64,000 nucleotides of DNA from an uncultured Coxiellaceae bacterium (GCA_964194675.1 CAXMND010000044.1:5114-69113), one strand, 5' to 3'. Positions 9,978-19,689 are shown, numbered from the stretch's first letter. Notes: generated by a model not told the origin, from the sequence alone. Numbers and translations are program-made.

Positions 9978-12079
9978 GGGCTGGGGTGCGCGAGCAGGAG
10001 CTTGCGGGCCATCTCGTACTCGTAGAAGCTGACCATTTGGGTATCGAGGACGCGTTGAAGCTGAGCGTTCGCCGCATCGTGATCGCCTGCTACGAAGAGG
10101 CGGGTGGCTTCGTAGAACAAGGCCTCGGTCTCCTCCCCGAGGCTCGAAGCTACGGTTAGAAGGTCGTCGTAGCTGATATCCTGAGCGCCGAAGCTGGCGA
10201 GCTTTCCCCACCAGTTGGCGGGCTGACCGAGCCGGCGAAGCAGCTCGGTGTGCTCGGGGCTCGGGGCCTGCTCGGCGCGCGCTGCGATGAACTGGAGCCA
10301 GAGGGTGAAATACACCTTCCATTCGGGCGGCAGGTTCAGCTGGAGTTGCGCGCGGCGCCAGACGGTCGATGCGAACTCGGGGTCGGGCTCGGCGACGACG
10401 AGGTGCGAAAGGATGGTGGCGTACACCTCTCGCCACTGGGGGGCGAGGGCCATCGCACTATGGAACGCATCGAGTGCTTCGTCGTGCCGGCCGAGATTGT
10501 CCAAGAGGACTCCGCGGCGTATCTCGACCAGCGCTGCGGTAGGCCCTTCGACGAGACCGACCGCCTCGCTCCATGCGACGAGCGCAGTCTCGTGGTTCGT
10601 TTTCATTTCGCGTGCGCGACCTTGAGCGCCCGCGGCGTTGCCAATGTGCTCGAGGATCTCTGCGCGATGGAGGGAATCGCTCAACGTATTCAAAGGGGTG
10701 AGTGCGAGAGCACGCTGATAGTAAACCTCTGCGCCTTTGGGGCGCCCGGTGCGCTCGAGAAGAAGGCCGAGTTGAAGTAACGCGTTGGAATTCTCGTCGC
10801 GAGCGATGCTTGCTTCGAACCGCTGCTCGGCCTCGTCGACATGGCCGGCGTTCATTTCCAGCATGCCGATCAAGAACTCGAGTTGGTCCGGCGCTATCGG
10901 AGGGGCCGAGTCGGGCCAGCGTTCGAGCCTTGCCGCGAGGATCTGCTCGGCACCGCGGGCCAGGGAGTTCGATCGCTCCGGATGGGGATCCATGAGACGA
11001 CTCTCGATGAACTCGTCGAGCTGGTCGAGCGCTTCGTCATAGAGCTCGATCATCTCCGGCGCCAGCTCGATCGCACTGACATACCAGGCAGTCGCGTCGG
11101 CGAATCGGCCCTCGTCGGCGGCGACGCGCGCCATGCAGCGGCGAAATCGGAAGTCTTTGGGGTATCGGCCGAGGGACGCGCGACAAAGGCCGGACGCGAC
11201 GTCCGGTCGAGCAACCGAAAAGCCTTCGACCAGCTCATAGGTGGCATCGGCGCCCTCCTTGTCTTGGCTCTTGGCGACCCGCAGAAGATCGAGCAACCGA
11301 ATCTGCAGATCGCCACCGGGACCCATGTTCTCGACCTGCGTGATGGCCGAGTCGACGTCGCCGTGAGTGAGGTATACGGCCGCAACATCGAGCGGTGCGA
11401 TCCTCCAGATGCGGTTGGTGATCGCCCCGTACTGGCCGCGGGCCTCCGATGACTCCGCGGAGAGAGCGTCGCGGCGCCCGATGTATAGAGTAGCGAGCGT
11501 GTCGAGGACTTCAGGAGCCGGTGTCAGATCGGCGTGCTCCGTCCAGACACCGAGAAGCTGGCCGTAGCGCGGAAGGACATCGTCCACTTGGCCGCGTGCC
11601 TCGAGGCCCCAGGTGGCGACTTCATCGTAGCCCTGCTGGTATCTCTCCTCCCCGGTGAGGCGCGCGAGGAGGAAATACGCCGCTAGAACACGCCCCTCGT
11701 CTCCGAGGCGCCCGCCGCGATCCACGACGAACGCCGCGATGGGCTCGAGGCCGTGGGGAAGCACTCCCGTTGCGAAATCGGACGACGTGAGGACATCGGT
11801 CAGTCGCTCGACTTGGACTACGACGCCTTCGTAATCGCCGATGTCGGCAAGGCTTTGAGCCTCGACGAGGATCGTAGCAATCAGTCGATCGCGAAGAGTG
11901 AGGCGCTCGGGGTCCGAGCTCGTCATCCGCATATACCGACGCGACTCGACGGGATATTCAGCTCGGGGGATCGGCTCGGCGCTTCGGACGAGGACCTGCC
12001 CGTTTGTCGCCGATCGCGAGTGCGCGCAGGCTGCCGTGAGGCTGAGCAGGCCAAGGATGAGGAGAGACCGAGTTCTCAT
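9974..12079 (-). CDS. TPR-repeat lipoprotein
   Basis: [18 protein letters not shown] lipobox. 701 aa with repeated A/Y/L-rich TPR-like helices (e.g. [13 protein letters not shown]). Its stop shares the CTAG at 9974-9977 with the convergent VOC gene. Confidence 0.7.
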   Translation of the reverse strand: MRTRSLLILGLLSLTAACAHSRSATNGQVLVRSAEPIPRAEYPVESRRYMRMTSSDPERLTLRDRLIATILVEAQSLADIGDYEGVVVQVERLTDVLTSSDFATGVLPHGLEPIAAFVVDRGGRLGDEGRVLAAYFLLARLTGEERYQQGYDEVATWGLEARGQVDDVLPRYGQLLGVWTEHADLTPAPEVLDTLATLYIGRRDALSAESSEARGQYGAITNRIWRIAPLDVAAVYLTHGDVDSAITQVENMGPGGDLQIRLLDLLRVAKSQDKEGADATYELVEGFSVARPDVASGLCRASLGRYPKDFRFRRCMARVAADEGRFADATAWYVSAIELAPEMIELYDEALDQLDEFIESRLMDPHPERSNSLARGAEQILAARLERWPDSAPPIAPDQLEFLIGMLEMNAGHVDEAEQRFEASIARDENSNALLQLGLLLERTGRPKGAEVYYQRALALTPLNTLSDSLHRAEILEHIGNAAGAQGRAREMKTNHETALVAWSEAVGLVEGPTAALVEIRRGVLLDNLGRHDEALDAFHSAMALAPQWREVYATILSHLVVAEPDPEFASTVWRRAQLQLNLPPEWKVYFTLWLQFIAARAEQAPSPEHTELLRRLGQPANWWGKLASFGAQDISYDDLLTVASSLGEETEALFYEATRLFVAGDHDAANAQLQRVLDTQMVSFYEYEMARKLLLAHPSP

Positions 12080-12169
12080 GGCGCTCAGCCGCTATAGCAG
12101 GCTCGGCCAAACAGGGCAGGCGCATATCTTGCCTGATACCCCTCGGTCCGTGTCAGGCTATGTCGCATC

Positions 12170-13030
12170 GTGGGCCGATACCTTCGAGCTGCGCCGGCGA
12201 TGGTGGGCGCATTGCTGATCGCTTTGGCAATGCCCCTCTTCAGCCAAGCCTTCGTGGCGTTGGCGGGCGTCCTTCAGTTGAAGAGCGTGTCCGTGACCTG
12301 GACCGAAGCAGTTCGTGCCGGCGCCGAAGCGCCCTTGAACCTGGCTTTGGCGCAAGCGGCGAGCGTGGGTGTGCTCTTCATCGTGGCGTTTCCTCACAAA
12401 TCGCGCGAGGGCGGATTCCTCAAAGCGGTTCATGTGCGGCCTCTCGCGGGCGCAATCGTGGCCCTTTGCTTCGCGGCCGGGGTCTCGCTTCAGTTCACGT
12501 TGGCCGAGGTCGGAAACCTCGCGCAAGAGATCTGGCCGTTGGGCTTCGACGAGTTGGCCCGACGGTATCGAATGATGACTCCGACGACCTGGTGGGGCGG
12601 CATGTCGGCCCTGATTGCCTTCGTCTTGGTTCCACCAGTCACCGAGGAGCTCGTTTTTCGAGGCTGGCTCCTTCCGATGCTCCAGCGTCGCACTGGGACC
12701 CCCGTGGCATGGGTATGGAGCTCGATCCTCTTCGGAGTCGTCCACGGGGAGTACGGCGCAATCCTCTACGCGACCCTCGGCGGGCTCATCCTCGGCGCCG
12801 TCGCGCTACGGACCAAATCCATCCTGGCGAGCATCGCGCTGCACGCGGGCATCAACGCAACGCCGCTCCTCCTGCCGGCGACGCTGCTCCGAATCGAGGG
12901 TTTCAACACCCTCTCCGATCGGGTGGAGCACATCGGTCTGTGGCTAGTCTTGATCTCGATCGCGGTCACCGCGGCGCTGCTGACCGTCCTTTGGCGTTCC
13001 ACCGAAGACGAAGGCCCCTCGTCGTCGTGA
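12170..13030 (+). CDS. CPBP (CAAX) family intramembrane metalloprotease
   Basis: EELVFRGW (EExxxR), FGVVHGEY (FxxxH) and ASIALHAGINA (HxxxN/D) motifs in a polytopic membrane protein. Confidence 0.8.
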   Translation: MGRYLRAAPAMVGALLIALAMPLFSQAFVALAGVLQLKSVSVTWTEAVRAGAEAPLNLALAQAASVGVLFIVAFPHKSREGGFLKAVHVRPLAGAIVALCFAAGVSLQFTLAEVGNLAQEIWPLGFDELARRYRMMTPTTWWGGMSALIAFVLVPPVTEELVFRGWLLPMLQRRTGTPVAWVWSSILFGVVHGEYGAILYATLGGLILGAVALRTKSILASIALHAGINATPLLLPATLLRIEGFNTLSDRVEHIGLWLVLISIAVTAALLTVLWRSTEDEGPSSS

Positions 13031-13065
13031 TCGAAGAACGAAAAGCTTAAGGGGAGCGCCCCTAC

Positions 13066-15210
13066 TTAAACCCGCTCCACGTCGATGACGCCCTGGAGTT
13101 TTGCGACGCCGCGCATGAGGTCGCGCAGACGGTCGAGGTCGCCTATCCGAAAGTGAAACATGTTTTCGGCGCGGCCGTCTCTGGATAGGCAGGAAGCCTC
13201 GTTGATACTGACGCCGTTCGACGAAAAGACAGACGAGACCGAGGCAAGGATGCCGGAACGGTCGTCGGTCATCACGCGGAGCGAAACCGGGAGGTCGACG
13301 TTGACGTCGTCGGCCCAACTCACCTGCACGCGCCGCTCTGGATCGAGCTCGAGAACGCGCGGGCAACCTCGGCGGTGCACCGATACACCACGGCCGCGGG
13401 TAATCCAGCCAGTGACCGGATCACCAGGAACGGGACTGCAGCACTGCGCAAACCGAACGAGCATGTTGTCGATGCCTTGAATGCGAATACCGCCGCCGTC
13501 CGAGCTCTTCGAGACGCGCTGAACCGTTCGCTCGATAAAGCCCGGCCGAAGTGTCTCGCGCTCGCCGTCTTCGCTCGGGATGATCGCCTCCATGATCGTC
13601 GGAAGCGCGAGCTTCCCGATCCCGACCCGGGCGTAGAGCTCTTCTTCGCTCCCCGTGCGGAACCGTGTGAAAATGTCTTTGGCGCGACTGCTCTTGAGGA
13701 AACGAGAAAGCGACAGCTTGTTCTTTCGCATCTCCTTTTCGAGCAGCTCTCGGCCGAGCTCTACAGCCTGCTTTCGCTCCTCCATGCGCAGGTACGCTCG
13801 AATACGCGAGCGTGCCCGACTCGTGATGGCGAACTCGAGCCAATCCTTGCTGGGATGATGGTTCTTGCTCCTGATGATCTCGACCACATCGCCGTTCTGA
13901 AGTTTGTGGCGCAGCGGCGCGATCGCCCCGTTGACGCGCGCTCCCGAGCATCTGTGGCCCACCTCGGAGTGAACAGCATATGCGAAGTCGACGGGGGTGG
14001 CGCCTCGGGGAAATGTCTTGACGTCGCCCTTGGGCGTGAAAACGTAGACGTCCTCCGGAAAGAGATCGACCTTGACGCTCTCGTAGAACTCCTCTGGATC
14101 GGCGACTTCCTTTTGGAACTCCATCAGTTGTCGGAGCCACACGAACCGCGCGGCGTCCTTGGGGTCGATCCCGCCAGTGTGGTCCTTGTACTGCCAGTGT
14201 GCTGCGATCCCGTACTCGCCAGTGCGATGCATCTCGTGCGTACGAATCTGAACCTCGACACGACGGTTCCCCGGCCCGATCACTGTGGTGTGCAGCGATT
14301 GGTACATGTTCGACTTCGGGAGCGCGACATAGTCCTTGAAACGTCCTGGCACCGGCGTCCACTCCGAATGGATCACGCCGAGCGTCGCATAGCAATCGGC
14401 GACGCTCTCGGTGATGACTCGGAACGCGACGAAGTCATGCACCTGCTCGAAGCCGACACCCGTCGTTTTCATCTTGCGGTGAAGCGAATAGAGATGTTTA
14501 CGGCGCCCACTGATCTGCACCGAGAAGCCCCGCGTCAAGAGCATCTTCTTCAACTGTGCGGTGACGTCGGCAATGTAACTGTCCGTGCTCTTGGCTACCG
14601 CGTCGACTTGGGCAACGAGAACCTCGTACGCATCTGGTTCGAGGTGTTTGAAGCTGAGGTCTTCGAGCTCGGCCTTGAGCCACTGAATCCCGAGTCGGCC
14701 GGAAAGTGGCGCGTATATCTCCAACGTCTCGCCGGCAATGCGTTCCTGCGAGGCCGGTGACATGTGTTCGAGCGTGCGCATGTTGTCGAGCCGGTCCGCC
14801 AACTTGACGAGTAGCACTCGAATGTCCCGAGCCATCGCCACCAGCATCTTCCGGAAGCTTTCCGCCTGCCGGTCTTCTCGCGACGCGAAGTTGATCTTGC
14901 CGAGCTTGGTGACGCCATCGACCAGGAACGCCACCTCCTCGCCGAACACCGTTTCAATGTCGGGAATGCTCGCTTCGCAGTCTTCGACCACGTCGTGAAG
15001 AAGCGCGGCACAAACGCTCGACGCGTCCAAGTGCATGTCGGCGATGATGTCCGCCACCGCCACGGGATGGGCGAAATAGGGATCCCCGGACTTCCGGTTT
15101 TGCCCATCGTGCATCCTGGCGGCGTACACGTAGGCCTTGTTGATCAGATCGGTATCCGCTCGGGGATGGTATCCCTTCACCTTTTCAAGAATGTTGGTGA
15201 GGCGGACCAT
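13066..15210 (-). CDS. rel: Bifunctional (p)ppGpp synthetase/hydrolase (RelA/SpoT homologue)
   Basis: 714 aa. HD hydrolase motif (HPVAV...LLHDVVED), synthetase region (YRSLHTTV-like QSLHTTVIGP), TGS (VFTPKGDV) and a C-terminal ACT-like domain. Confidence 0.92.
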   Translation of the reverse strand: MVRLTNILEKVKGYHPRADTDLINKAYVYAARMHDGQNRKSGDPYFAHPVAVADIIADMHLDASSVCAALLHDVVEDCEASIPDIETVFGEEVAFLVDGVTKLGKINFASREDRQAESFRKMLVAMARDIRVLLVKLADRLDNMRTLEHMSPASQERIAGETLEIYAPLSGRLGIQWLKAELEDLSFKHLEPDAYEVLVAQVDAVAKSTDSYIADVTAQLKKMLLTRGFSVQISGRRKHLYSLHRKMKTTGVGFEQVHDFVAFRVITESVADCYATLGVIHSEWTPVPGRFKDYVALPKSNMYQSLHTTVIGPGNRRVEVQIRTHEMHRTGEYGIAAHWQYKDHTGGIDPKDAARFVWLRQLMEFQKEVADPEEFYESVKVDLFPEDVYVFTPKGDVKTFPRGATPVDFAYAVHSEVGHRCSGARVNGAIAPLRHKLQNGDVVEIIRSKNHHPSKDWLEFAITSRARSRIRAYLRMEERKQAVELGRELLEKEMRKNKLSLSRFLKSSRAKDIFTRFRTGSEEELYARVGIGKLALPTIMEAIIPSEDGERETLRPGFIERTVQRVSKSSDGGGIRIQGIDNMLVRFAQCCSPVPGDPVTGWITRGRGVSVHRRGCPRVLELDPERRVQVSWADDVNVDLPVSLRVMTDDRSGILASVSSVFSSNGVSINEASCLSRDGRAENMFHFRIGDLDRLRDLMRGVAKLQGVIDVERV

Positions 15211-15308
15211 AGCGGCGCACTAGTTGGGCACCCTCCAATTTAACACCGACTCCAATTGGTGCCAAGGTAGTGACGTTTACTCATCTAATCACCATAACCA
15301 CGATTTGG

Positions 15309-15686
15309 ATGACGCACGCCCTACCCACCCCAGGACCCTCCCCGACCCGGAAACGGCTCGCGACCGTCGTTGCGGTGGTCGGACTGGCGGTGGTCGGCGG
15401 TCAACTCGCTCGGATCTGGCCCCGCGACGTGGAAGTGGTCTATCAGCCTGGTCCTCGAGTCCTCCAGGTGGATGTGGATATCCTCCAGGACGGTCAGGCC
15501 GTCGTGGTCGCGCGCTTCAACCACGCCGCCGGCGACGGGAGCACCTTTTCCCACACGGTCAGCCTTCCGCCGGGCGAGTACAGGGTCCATATCACGGTCT
15601 ATGGGCCCGACGGTGGGGGGATTGAGCATAGCCGACTGCTGATCGTTCCGGCCGACGGGCTGACTCGATTCGACCTGAGGGAGTGA
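15309..15686 (+). CDS. Hypothetical small membrane-anchored protein
   Basis: ORF 15270-15686. One TM (LATVVAVVGLAVVGG) then a beta-rich domain. Stop overlaps the GTG start of the downstream GT39 gene (GTGA at 15683-15686). Start uncertain (GTG 15270 or ATG 15309). Confidence 0.45.
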   Translation: MTHALPTPGPSPTRKRLATVVAVVGLAVVGGQLARIWPRDVEVVYQPGPRVLQVDVDILQDGQAVVVARFNHAAGDGSTFSHTVSLPPGEYRVHITVYGPDGGGIEHSRLLIVPADGLTRFDLRE

Positions 15687-18343
15687 GCCCCGCCTGCTAT
15701 GCTCGGGCCGCGTTGCAGAGCGCGGAGGGTCCCAGAGAGTCGAGGAAAGTCACCGCCTTGGTCGCGGCCGTGCTGGCTTCCGTCGCGATGGTCCTGTGGA
15801 TGGCGAACCGCGACCCCTTCTTTCTCGGCCCCCTGTGGGGAACGCTGATCGCTCTGGTCGCGTCGGTCGCATGGGTCGTGTGGTTCGTCCCGACGTCCTC
15901 GGTCGATCCGGTCTCGTGGCGCAATACGACGCTTGGCAAACAGCCCGGGGAGCGGGTGTCGCTCGTCACCGCGGCTGCGCTGGCGGCGGCCGTGGTAGCG
16001 ATCGGGAGTTGGCTCGGCGGCTACGAAGGGATGCCGGTCACGATCTGCATCGCGCTTCTGTGTTTGGTTCCTCCAGCGTTGCGACGTCCGGGGCTCCTGG
16101 CGCTGGTCATCGTCTCCGCGCTCTACCTTCCGCTGCTCGGCACTTACGGATTGTGGGATCCGTGGGAGACCCACTATGGAGAGGTCGCCCGGGAGATCCT
16201 GGCTCGAAACGACTGGATCAGCTTGTGGTGGGCGCAGAGCAACTGGTTTTGGTCGAAGCCGATCTTCCTCTTCTGGGCTGAGGCGTGGAGCATGGGCGTC
16301 GCCGGGATCGACTTCATGCCCGACGCCAACCCGGCGCACCCGGAGTGGGCGATTCGGATGCCGACTTTCGTCATGACGATCGCCGCGCTCGGAGTCGTCT
16401 ACGAGACGATACGGCGCCAGTTCGGCCCACGGGCGGGGGCACTCGCCGTCATGGTCACAGCGACGATGCCGCAGTTCTTTTTCATATCGCGACAGGCGAT
16501 CACCGACCTCCCTCTCGTGGCTGCGATCACGATCGCGGCCTGCTGCTTGCTGATGGCGGTCCAAGAAGATCCCGAGCGCGAAGCCACGCTCTTCCGCATC
16601 GGTCCCGTTGAGCTGTCGTTGCAGCATGTGATTCTGTTCTTGGTCGTGCTCGCCGTGCTTCCGCAGGCGGCCTACCTGATCTCTCGTAACGTCTCGTGGA
16701 TCGATGGTTGGCACCTGGTGACCCACTCCGATCGCTTTCTCTACGGCTCCGCCGGCAACCTCGACGTCCCGGGAAACCCAGACCTCCGGGATCAGCTCCC
16801 CAGGGTGCGGGGCTTCGGCGGACAACCGTTCATCCAAGGCATTCTTTGGCTCTGCGCCCTCTACGCGATCGCGTTCTTCCTTCGCAAGGAACGCCGGCAG
16901 CGGCCCCTGCTGATGTACGCGTTCTATTTCTCGTGCGCGATCGCCTTCATGGCCAAGGGGCTCCTAGGGCTCGCAGTCCCGGGGCTGATCGCTCTCCTCT
17001 TTTTGGCCTCCTCCCGACGCTGGGCACTGCTCGGTGACGGTCAACTCCGAATCACGTCAGGCGCGCTCGTCGTCGTTGCGGTGAGTATTCCCTGGTACCT
17101 CGCGATGTACGTGCGGCACGGATCGAGCTTCACGAACCGCCTCCTGATTCACGACCACATCAATCGGCTCGCGGCCGGCGTCCACGGCGACAAGGGCACC
17201 ATCGAGTACTTCCTCACCCAGATCGGGTATGCGACCTTCCCCTGGGTCGCCCTCATCCCTGCAGCTCTGATCATGTTCCTCTGGTATCGCACCCAACCGC
17301 GATCGACGAACGACCGACGAAGCGACACACTGCTCTTCCTGGGCCTTTGGTTGCTGTCCTCATTCGTGCTGTTCAGCGCGATGATGACCAAGTTCCATCA
17401 CTATATCCTCCCAGCGATCATCCCCGCGGGGATCCTGATCGGCATCGCGATGGCGGAATGGTGGGGACCGAAACGCCCTTTGACCACGGTCCTCGCTGGT
17501 ACCGCTGCGGTGCTCTTCGTGGCGGGGTTCGCGTTCCTCGCCGGTGACCCGCGCGGGATCATCCCGGCCGGGGCGATGGAGATCGACGACTGGATTTTGC
17601 AGCAATCCAATCCAGCCAAGGCGTACGCCTGTCTTGGGGCCGGGCTTCTGATGATTGTGCTGGCCCGGCGGGACCTTGCCAAGGCCGAGACCCATGTTCC
17701 CTCGTCTCGGTGGAGCATCGCGATGGGGGTGGCCTCGATCGTCGGGGCATGCGTCGTCGCGTTCGTCGGGCGAGACTTGAGCTGGGCGACAACCGCACGA
17801 CCCCAGGGAAACGAACGGCTGATCCACCTCTTCGTCTATAACTACGGCCGGCTCTGGCCTGAGCACCTCGACTACAGGGCCGTCCTGACCGGCTTTGCAA
17901 TTGCGACGACGCTCTTTGCCGCCGCACTAGGATTTCAAGCCTGGCAACGGGTCGCCGGTCGAGGGCTCATGGGCCTTGCGATCGCCTTCTGCGCCTGGGG
18001 CTTGAACGTCTACACGGTAGACCTCGCGGATCACTGGAGCATCCAAAAGCTAGCCGAGCGCTACTACGAAGACCGCCAGAGCGCCGACGAGCCTCTCGTT
18101 GCCTGGCAAATGAACTGGAAGGGCGAGAACTTCTACACCGGCAATCGGATCCACGTTTTTGCGGAGCTCGACAACAAGCGGATGAAGAAGTGGTTGGAGG
18201 CGAATCGAGGACGGAGGGCCTACTTCGTGCTCGAGCACAAGCGGTACCCAAACTTCAAGAAGCTGGTCCCAGACCGGCCGATCCGAGAGCTCTCCACGAA
18301 GCGAGACTGCAACAAGCTGTTACTCGTCGAGCTTGAGATCTGA
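15683..18343 (+). CDS. Glycosyltransferase family 39 (ArnT/PMT-like) polytopic membrane protein with C-terminal soluble extension
   Basis: 886 aa with many TM helices. LWDPWETHYGEVAREILARNDWISLWW resembles the first periplasmic-loop acidic motif of the ArnT/PMT family. Confidence 0.8.
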   Translation: MSPACYARAALQSAEGPRESRKVTALVAAVLASVAMVLWMANRDPFFLGPLWGTLIALVASVAWVVWFVPTSSVDPVSWRNTTLGKQPGERVSLVTAAALAAAVVAIGSWLGGYEGMPVTICIALLCLVPPALRRPGLLALVIVSALYLPLLGTYGLWDPWETHYGEVAREILARNDWISLWWAQSNWFWSKPIFLFWAEAWSMGVAGIDFMPDANPAHPEWAIRMPTFVMTIAALGVVYETIRRQFGPRAGALAVMVTATMPQFFFISRQAITDLPLVAAITIAACCLLMAVQEDPEREATLFRIGPVELSLQHVILFLVVLAVLPQAAYLISRNVSWIDGWHLVTHSDRFLYGSAGNLDVPGNPDLRDQLPRVRGFGGQPFIQGILWLCALYAIAFFLRKERRQRPLLMYAFYFSCAIAFMAKGLLGLAVPGLIALLFLASSRRWALLGDGQLRITSGALVVVAVSIPWYLAMYVRHGSSFTNRLLIHDHINRLAAGVHGDKGTIEYFLTQIGYATFPWVALIPAALIMFLWYRTQPRSTNDRRSDTLLFLGLWLLSSFVLFSAMMTKFHHYILPAIIPAGILIGIAMAEWWGPKRPLTTVLAGTAAVLFVAGFAFLAGDPRGIIPAGAMEIDDWILQQSNPAKAYACLGAGLLMIVLARRDLAKAETHVPSSRWSIAMGVASIVGACVVAFVGRDLSWATTARPQGNERLIHLFVYNYGRLWPEHLDYRAVLTGFAIATTLFAAALGFQAWQRVAGRGLMGLAIAFCAWGLNVYTVDLADHWSIQKLAERYYEDRQSADEPLVAWQMNWKGENFYTGNRIHVFAELDNKRMKKWLEANRGRRAYFVLEHKRYPNFKKLVPDRPIRELSTKRDCNKLLLVELEI

Positions 18344-18441
18344 GGGGCAAAAGCGTATACAATTTCGATCAGTTGCAGATTCGGACCTACTGAACACCAA
18401 AAACTGGACCGATTATCAGTAGTAGGTATTCTGGCTCCCTG

Positions 18442-18696
18442 ATGAAACTAGAAGACGAACAACTAGCTCTCTGTCTGTTGGAGACACTCTACGACCTCGG
18501 CCGGGCCGACATCCCTGCCACCCCCGAGGGACTTGCCAAATGGCTGAAAGCCCCGGAGTCCCAGGTCCAAGATCTACTAACCCGCCTAGACGCCCAAACC
18601 CTAGTCGACGCCTCCCACTGCCGTCTGACCATGCAAGGCCTAGTCCTAGCCCTCTCGATCGCCGGCACAACCAAATTTGCCAAGCATGCAGCGTAG
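18442..18696 (+). CDS. Small hypothetical protein, possible winged-helix DNA-binding fold
   Basis: 84-aa ORF in a visibly lower-GC patch. PATPEGLAKWLKAPESQVQDLLTRLDAQTLV resembles a wHTH recognition region. Weak call. Confidence 0.4.
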   Translation: MKLEDEQLALCLLETLYDLGRADIPATPEGLAKWLKAPESQVQDLLTRLDAQTLVDASHCRLTMQGLVLALSIAGTTKFAKHAA

Positions 18697-18714
18697 CGTC
18701 GGTCAGGGTATGCC

Positions 18715-18743
18715 TTGACAGGCTTGGGGCCAACACCTATCGA
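18715..18743 (+). promoter_or_regulatory. Sigma70-like promoter candidate for tRNA-Leu
   Basis: TTGACA (18715-18720), 17-nt spacer, TATCGA (18738-18743). The tRNA starts 13 nt downstream. Confidence 0.4.
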
Positions 18744-18755
18744 GCCTTCTCTTCA

Positions 18756-18839
18756 GCGGAAGTGGCGGAATTGGCAGACGCGCATGATTCAGGTTCATGT
18801 GAGGTAACACTCGTGGAGGTTCGAGTCCTCTCTTCCGCA
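18756..18839 (+). tRNA. tRNA-Leu (anticodon CAG), type II with long variable arm
   Basis: GCGGAAG...CTTCCGC acceptor stem, anticodon loop TTCAGGT, T-arm GGAGGTTCGAGTCCTCT. Strong resemblance to E. coli tRNA-Leu(CAG). No encoded CCA. Confidence 0.9.
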
Positions 18840-19019
18840 CCGTCCCCGCCATAAGGGCGACATTGTCTACGAGGATTTGACATACGGAGCACTCGGCCCC
18901 TGCGGGGCTTGTGTACCGGGTCTGTATTTTTTTCATAAGGTCTGCATGAAATGCGGGGTTTTGGGGTTCTTGTCGGGGCGGACTTGTTTGATTTCATATG
19001 CTTACGGGGTTTTTCGTTT

Positions 19020-19035
19020 CGGTACGGAGGTTGCA
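19020..19035 (+). promoter_or_regulatory. Sigma54 -24/-12 promoter candidate upstream of the pilin operon
   Basis: cGGtACGgaggTTGCA versus consensus TGGCACG-N4-TTGCW: 10 of 12 specified positions, with the invariant GG (19021-22) and GC (19033-34) at correct spacing. Confidence 0.35.
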
Positions 19036-19047
19036 CGTAAGAAGTAC

Positions 19048-19689
19048 GTGCTTGGGGAAGCTAGACATAGACTAGTTGGATTTACACTTGTGGAGCTGAT
19101 GGTCGTGCTGGCAGTGATGGGCGTGCTCGTCAGCGCTGCTTTGCCGAGCATTAGCGAAGGGTTCGCCGACCGGCGGGTGGCCATGGTCTCCCGCGAGGTC
19201 GTCGGCCTCTTTCAGCGCGCGCGATACATGTCGAGCGCATACGGACGCGCCCACCAGGTCGTCTACGACAACGACGCCGGCACCGGGCTCAGCGAACCCT
19301 TCGCCTTCGAGACGCTCCGGGGCACGGCCGGTGGGTGCTCGGTGAGCAGCTTCGAGAACGCCTCCAACATGAAGCTCTCCGACCTCGACTGCGACAACAC
19401 GAACCATTGGCGTTGCGTCGATCATCTCTATGCAAGCACGCACGACCCGGACCCGTCAGACAACGATCTCATTCGCGTAGACGGCTGGGGGGACACCACG
19501 TTTTGCTACGAGGCAGGATCCAACAACCAGGTGTTCATCGATACGGTGCTCTACACGAACTGGGATGCACCGAGGTCGCAAGCCGGTTTCGGCTTCGTCG
19601 TTTACCGCGACCTCGGTGGAAGGCCGATCGGTGTGGCGCGAAAGGTCTTGGTCCCGTCCGGCACGGGGTCGCCGAGGATCCTGCGATGA
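19048..19689 (+). CDS. GspH/FimT-like type IV minor pilin
   Basis: Prepilin motif G/FTLVELMVVLAVMGVLVSAALP (Gly-1, Phe+1, Glu+5), followed by RRVAMVSREVVGLFQRARYMS typical of GspH/FimT. Start uncertain: GTG 19048 gives a 9-aa leader, and the ORF track extends to 18877. Confidence 0.75.
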   Translation: MLGEARHRLVGFTLVELMVVLAVMGVLVSAALPSISEGFADRRVAMVSREVVGLFQRARYMSSAYGRAHQVVYDNDAGTGLSEPFAFETLRGTAGGCSVSSFENASNMKLSDLDCDNTNHWRCVDHLYASTHDPDPSDNDLIRVDGWGDTTFCYEAGSNNQVFIDTVLYTNWDAPRSQAGFGFVVYRDLGGRPIGVARKVLVPSGTGSPRILR

